From assembly GCA_963761305.1 (NCBI GenBank), contig CAVXGK010000002.1:2688001-2752000 (forward strand): a stretch of 64,000 nucleotides of DNA, written 5' to 3'. The notes below the pieces were generated by a model. That model was not told the origin of the DNA and made no database searches. It was given only the letters and a program-made list of their open reading frames with translations. This stretch comes from an uncultured Gemmatimonadaceae bacterium. Lineage in GTDB: Bacteria; Gemmatimonadota; Gemmatimonadetes; Gemmatimonadales; Gemmatimonadaceae. Shown here in pieces: positions 60,525 to 64,000 of this stretch (position 1 is the first letter of the stretch; each line of letters starts with the position of its first letter). Position numbers and translations under genes: made by a program.

Positions 60525-60950
60525 ATGACAACGACACAGGTCAGCCCGTACCTGAATTTCCAGGGTGACTGCGAGGCGGCATTTACGTTCTATGAACAGT
60601 CGCTCGGCGCGCGCATCGGCGCGATCTTCCGGTATACGGGAACGCCGCTCGCCGACACGGTGCCCCCGGACTGGTCGGACAAAGTGATGCACGGCAGCGT
60701 GTCGATCGGCGATCAGGTGCTGATGGGAGGCGACGTCGGCCCGGACCGGTACGAAGCCCCGAAGGGGTTCTCGCTGTGCCTCACGCTGGCGAGCGGGGAC
60801 GAGGCCGACCGCGTCTTTCAGGAGTTTTCGAGCGGCGGCCGAGTGCTGCTGCCGCTCGAGAAGACGTTCTGGGCGGAACGGTTCGGGATGATCGTCGATC
60901 GCTTCGGCATTCCGTGGATGGTCACCTGCGAGAGCGACGATCAACCCTGA
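60525..60950 (+). CDS. PhnB-like VOC family protein
   Basis: PYLNFQGDCEAAFTFY, VMHG, TFWAERFGMIVDRFGIPWMV. Confidence 0.9.
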   Translation: MTTTQVSPYLNFQGDCEAAFTFYEQSLGARIGAIFRYTGTPLADTVPPDWSDKVMHGSVSIGDQVLMGGDVGPDRYEAPKGFSLCLTLASGDEADRVFQEFSSGGRVLLPLEKTFWAERFGMIVDRFGIPWMVTCESDDQP

Positions 60951-60953
60951 AGG

Positions 60954-62114
60954 TCAGCCCCGTTCGGACCAGTCGGCGAATTCCGGCGAGACGCCCATGC
61001 TGCGGCACGCGGCGCCGATCGCCAGTACGAGTTGCTCGATGTCCTCGGGAAACAGCCGGCCGATGTTGCCGATCCGGAACGTGTTCACCTCGGTGAGCTT
61101 TCCCGGATAGATGATGAATCCGCGGTCGCTCAGCTCGTTGTAGAAGCGGGTGAAGTCGAACCCATCGACCGCTGGATACCCGAATGCGGTGATGATGCAA
61201 CTCTGAACGGCGGGGCTGAGGAACGGCTCGAAGCCGAGTCGCGCCATGCCGGCGACGAGCGCGGCGTGGTTGGCGGCATACCGGTCGTGACGTCCGCGCA
61301 CGCCGCCCTCCGCGCGCAGTTCGTCCAAGGCCTGGTCGAACGCCAACAGGACGTGCGTCGGCGGCGTGAATCGGAACTGTCCGTTCTTCTCGAATCCTTT
61401 GAGCTGCGCCAGCAGGTCGAGGCTCAAGCTTCGCGCGATTCCTTCGCAGGCCAACAACACGTCACGGCGGCAGATCACGAACGAGAAGCCCGGCACTCCC
61501 TCGATGCACTTGTTGGACGACGAGACCAGGAAGTCGATGCCGCACGCTTCGAAGTCGATCGGCATGCCGCCGAAGCTGCTCATCGCGTCGACGATGTACA
61601 CCGCGTTGCGTCGTTTGACGACATGTCCGATCTCGTCAATCGGATTGAGAATGCCCGTCGTGGTCTCGCAGTGTATCACGACGACGTGAGTGACGTCGCC
61701 GTTTTCGGCCAGGCACGCGTCGACCGTCGCGGCGTCGACGGGCACGTCCTCGGCCCAGCGCAGCACGAGATGCGGAATTCTGGCGTGAACCAGCATCTGC
61801 ACCGTGCGCTCGCCGTAGGCGCCGTTCGCCAGCACGAGCACCTTGCCCGACGGCGGAACGCACGTCTGGAACACGGCGTCGACGCCGAACGTGCCGCTTC
61901 CCTGAAGTAGAACCGCCTCCCACCCCGTCGCGCGCGACACACCCGCGACGTCGAGCAGCCGGTCGCGGATGCGCCGAACGACTTCGTTGAACTCGAAGTG
62001 CCACGAGCCGGCGTCGTGCAGCATTGCCGTCTTGACCGTGGCGCTCGTGGTGAGCGGGCCTGGCGTGAACAGCAGCTTGTCCCGGGCCGAGCCCGCCCCT
62101 CGCCGCTCGGTCAT
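60954..62114 (-). CDS. phnW: 2-aminoethylphosphonate--pyruvate transaminase
   Basis: LLFTPGPLTTS, LQGSGT, HCETTTGILNP, DAMSSFGG, SSNKCIEGVPG, QFRFTPPTH, IYPGKLT. Confidence 0.93.
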   Translation of the reverse strand: MTERRGAGSARDKLLFTPGPLTTSATVKTAMLHDAGSWHFEFNEVVRRIRDRLLDVAGVSRATGWEAVLLQGSGTFGVDAVFQTCVPPSGKVLVLANGAYGERTVQMLVHARIPHLVLRWAEDVPVDAATVDACLAENGDVTHVVVIHCETTTGILNPIDEIGHVVKRRNAVYIVDAMSSFGGMPIDFEACGIDFLVSSSNKCIEGVPGFSFVICRRDVLLACEGIARSLSLDLLAQLKGFEKNGQFRFTPPTHVLLAFDQALDELRAEGGVRGRHDRYAANHAALVAGMARLGFEPFLSPAVQSCIITAFGYPAVDGFDFTRFYNELSDRGFIIYPGKLTEVNTFRIGNIGRLFPEDIEQLVLAIGAACRSMGVSPEFADWSERG

Positions 62115-62830
62115 CGCGCCGGAGTCAGTCCCTGCGTCAACACCACCTTCGGGAGGAGCCCGAGGTGCGAGATGAGGTGTGTGTGGGGATGGCGTCGCAA
62201 CTCTTCACCGGTGTGCGAGCCGTTCATCACGCCGACGACGAGTCCGCAACGAGCCGCTGCACCTTCCTCGAGATCGGCCGGCGTATCGCCAACCTTGGCG
62301 ACGGCGGCGGGATTCGTGACCCCCGTGAGCTCCATCGCCTTGAGAACGAGATCGGGGTGCGGGCGACCGCGCGCGACCTCGTCGCTCGCCACGGTCGCGT
62401 CGAGAAGCGAAGCGTTTTTCCAACGCAGGCGATCGAGAATCGTATCGAGGATCACCCGGCTGAACCCGGTATCGAGCGCCACGCGAACACCCGCGCGACG
62501 CAGCTCGGTGAGCGTCTCCTCGGCGTGCGGCATCGGCTCGACTCCCGCGCCTTGCCGGTAATGCGTGATCATGCGCTGAAGAAAATCGGCGTGGATTTCG
62601 TGGACCTGGCTCGTGGTCGCTCGCGTCGGTCCACCGTAGCGGTCGAGTAGCTTACCGATCGCCACCGGCTTGGCGATTCCCATCACCTGGTTCACTTCGT
62701 CGCGCGTCACCGCCACGCCGGCGCCGGCGAGCGCTTGGCGCAAGCAGTCGTTCACCGCGTCGTCGTCGCGGACGGTCGTGCCCGCAACGTCGAACACAAC
62801 CAATTCGATTCTCACGTCGCTGGAGTCCAT
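62111..62830 (-). CDS. HAD-superfamily phosphonatase-like hydrolase (PhnX-like)
   Basis: FDVAGTTV, MGIAK, TGF, GRPHPD, KVGDTPAD; coupled to phnW. Confidence 0.85.
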   Translation of the reverse strand: MDSSDVRIELVVFDVAGTTVRDDDAVNDCLRQALAGAGVAVTRDEVNQVMGIAKPVAIGKLLDRYGGPTRATTSQVHEIHADFLQRMITHYRQGAGVEPMPHAEETLTELRRAGVRVALDTGFSRVILDTILDRLRWKNASLLDATVASDEVARGRPHPDLVLKAMELTGVTNPAAVAKVGDTPADLEEGAAARCGLVVGVMNGSHTGEELRRHPHTHLISHLGLLPKVVLTQGLTPAR

Positions 62831-64000
62831 AGGCCCTCGTTCTTGAGTAAGCTGGCTGAGGATGTCGTGCGGTCGTACAGGAAAAGACAGAGGACCGCCG
62901 ACAGCCCCGCAAGCAACGCCAGTGAATCGAAGCCGAGCTGATACCCGCCGATGTCGAGCATGCGACCAAACGCCTGGCCGGACAAGATGGCGGCGAAGTA
63001 CCCAACTCCGTCCAGGATCCCGGCCACGGTCGCGACGTGCTCTTTGCCCTTGATCTCCACGGCGAACACCCCGGCGAGCAGACTGTACGGACCGTAGGCG
63101 AGAAATCCGATCGCGCCGACGACCGACGTGGCGAGCACGACGTTGCGCGCGGCGAGCGACGGAAGGACCACGATCGCGACGGCGAGCAACGACAGGAGCG
63201 TGAACAGCACCGACATCCGCCGGCGCTCACCGATCCGTCCGAATAGCCAGCCCAGCGTGACGATGCCGATCGCACCGCACGCGTCGAACGGCGTCGAGAG
63301 GAACGCGGCCATGCCGCTCGACATGGTCGGGCCCGCCGTCTTGAAGAAGTCGACGGTCCACGTGTTGAACGTCTCGCGCAACAGAGTGAGCGTGAAGCTG
63401 AGCGCGCAGACGATCCAGAATCGTCGCGCCGTCGACACGGCAACGACGCCTCGCCAGTCGATGCGAAGCGCGTCGCGCAGCGATCGGCGCTCTCGCTTCT
63501 CCGGGGCGCGCCCGCGCGGGAGAGCGATCCAGCAGATCGCCAGGATGAGCACCACGACGATCGACGGTCCGCTCATCACCCATCGCCAGTCGTTGCCGCT
63601 CCAGCGCGCGATGAAGCCGGCGAGGATCGTGGCGAGCACGCCGCCGAACACGAAGCTCAGCGACAGAATCCCCATCGCCAGCGCGATCGACCGCGACGAA
63701 AACCAGTCGGGGACTTGCTTGACCATCGCTCCCCAACCGGCCGAGCCGGCGAGGCGATTCAGGCTGTAGAACAACGTGAGCGTGCCCAACGAGCCCGCCA
63801 TTCCACCGAGCGCGCCAAACAGGCCCACGGCGCCGAGCGAGAGAAGGAATGCGACCCGCCCGCCGGCGCGGTCGATGAGCGGCCCGAAGATGAACTTTCC
63901 GACCATGTAAGCGGCCGTGCTGTAGCTGGCGATCGCGCCGATCTGGGCCTTGTTCAGCCGAAAAGCCTCGCCGATGAGCGGGTTCGCCACCGCGAAATTT
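62812..64000 (-). CDS. MFS transporter, organophosphate:Pi antiporter (GlpT/UhpC-like); 5' end outside window
   Basis: AYMVGKFIFGPLIDRAGGR, GWGAMVK...WF, GILDGVGYF; multiple TM segments. Confidence 0.8.
   Translation of the reverse strand, partial: NFAVANPLIGEAFRLNKAQIGAIASYSTAAYMVGKFIFGPLIDRAGGRVAFLLSLGAVGLFGALGGMAGSLGTLTLFYSLNRLAGSAGWGAMVKQVPDWFSSRSIALAMGILSLSFVFGGVLATILAGFIARWSGNDWRWVMSGPSIVVVLILAICWIALPRGRAPEKRERRSLRDALRIDWRGVVAVSTARRFWIVCALSFTLTLLRETFNTWTVDFFKTAGPTMSSGMAAFLSTPFDACGAIGIVTLGWLFGRIGERRRMSVLFTLLSLLAVAIVVLPSLAARNVVLATSVVGAIGFLAYGPYSLLAGVFAVEIKGKEHVATVAGILDGVGYFAAILSGQAFGRMLDIGGYQLGFDSLALLAGLSAVLCLFLYDRTTSSASLLKNEGLWTPAT

Noticed and set aside
60525..60950. PhnB-like gene as part of the phosphonate module
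   Set aside because: Opposite strand and co-oriented with the kinase gene; PhnB-like VOC proteins are not specific to phosphonate use

Overview
High-GC bacterial chromosomal window; the gene repertoire (Ser/Thr kinase-TolB fusion, VPS10-like and M28 proteins with GGRGG linkers, BlaI/M56-TonB, DUF1800/DUF1501) suggests a Gemmatimonadota-like soil bacterium (inference). No rRNA, tRNA, CRISPR array, transposase or integrase was recognised. Main content in order: FAD oxidoreductase and thyX; a four-gene operon of two Ddl-like ATP-grasp ligases, a GNAT and a KamA-type aminomutase; an EF-G paralogue; a degenerate GGDEF-ATPase-TPR protein; a DUF1800/DUF1501 pair; an 11-kb, translationally coupled eight-gene lipid operon (desaturase, CDP-archaeol-synthase-like CarS, PEP-utilising dikinase, UbiA-like protein, methyltransferase, acyltransferase, fatty acyl-AMP ligase, ACP-reductase-kinase fusion), which is the best candidate for an undescribed system, possibly an ether- or alkyl-phosphate lipid pathway; PBP1A; an ars operon (arsR-arsM-arsN2-arsC-metallophosphoesterase-aquaporin) with two ATCAA-N6-TTGAT operators; BlaI/M56; a 6-kb stretch with four apparent frameshifts; and a phnW/phnX-like/MFS phosphonate module. 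Long intergenic palindromes and 7- and 8-bp periodic repeats recur. All calls come from motifs read by eye; no database searches were run.
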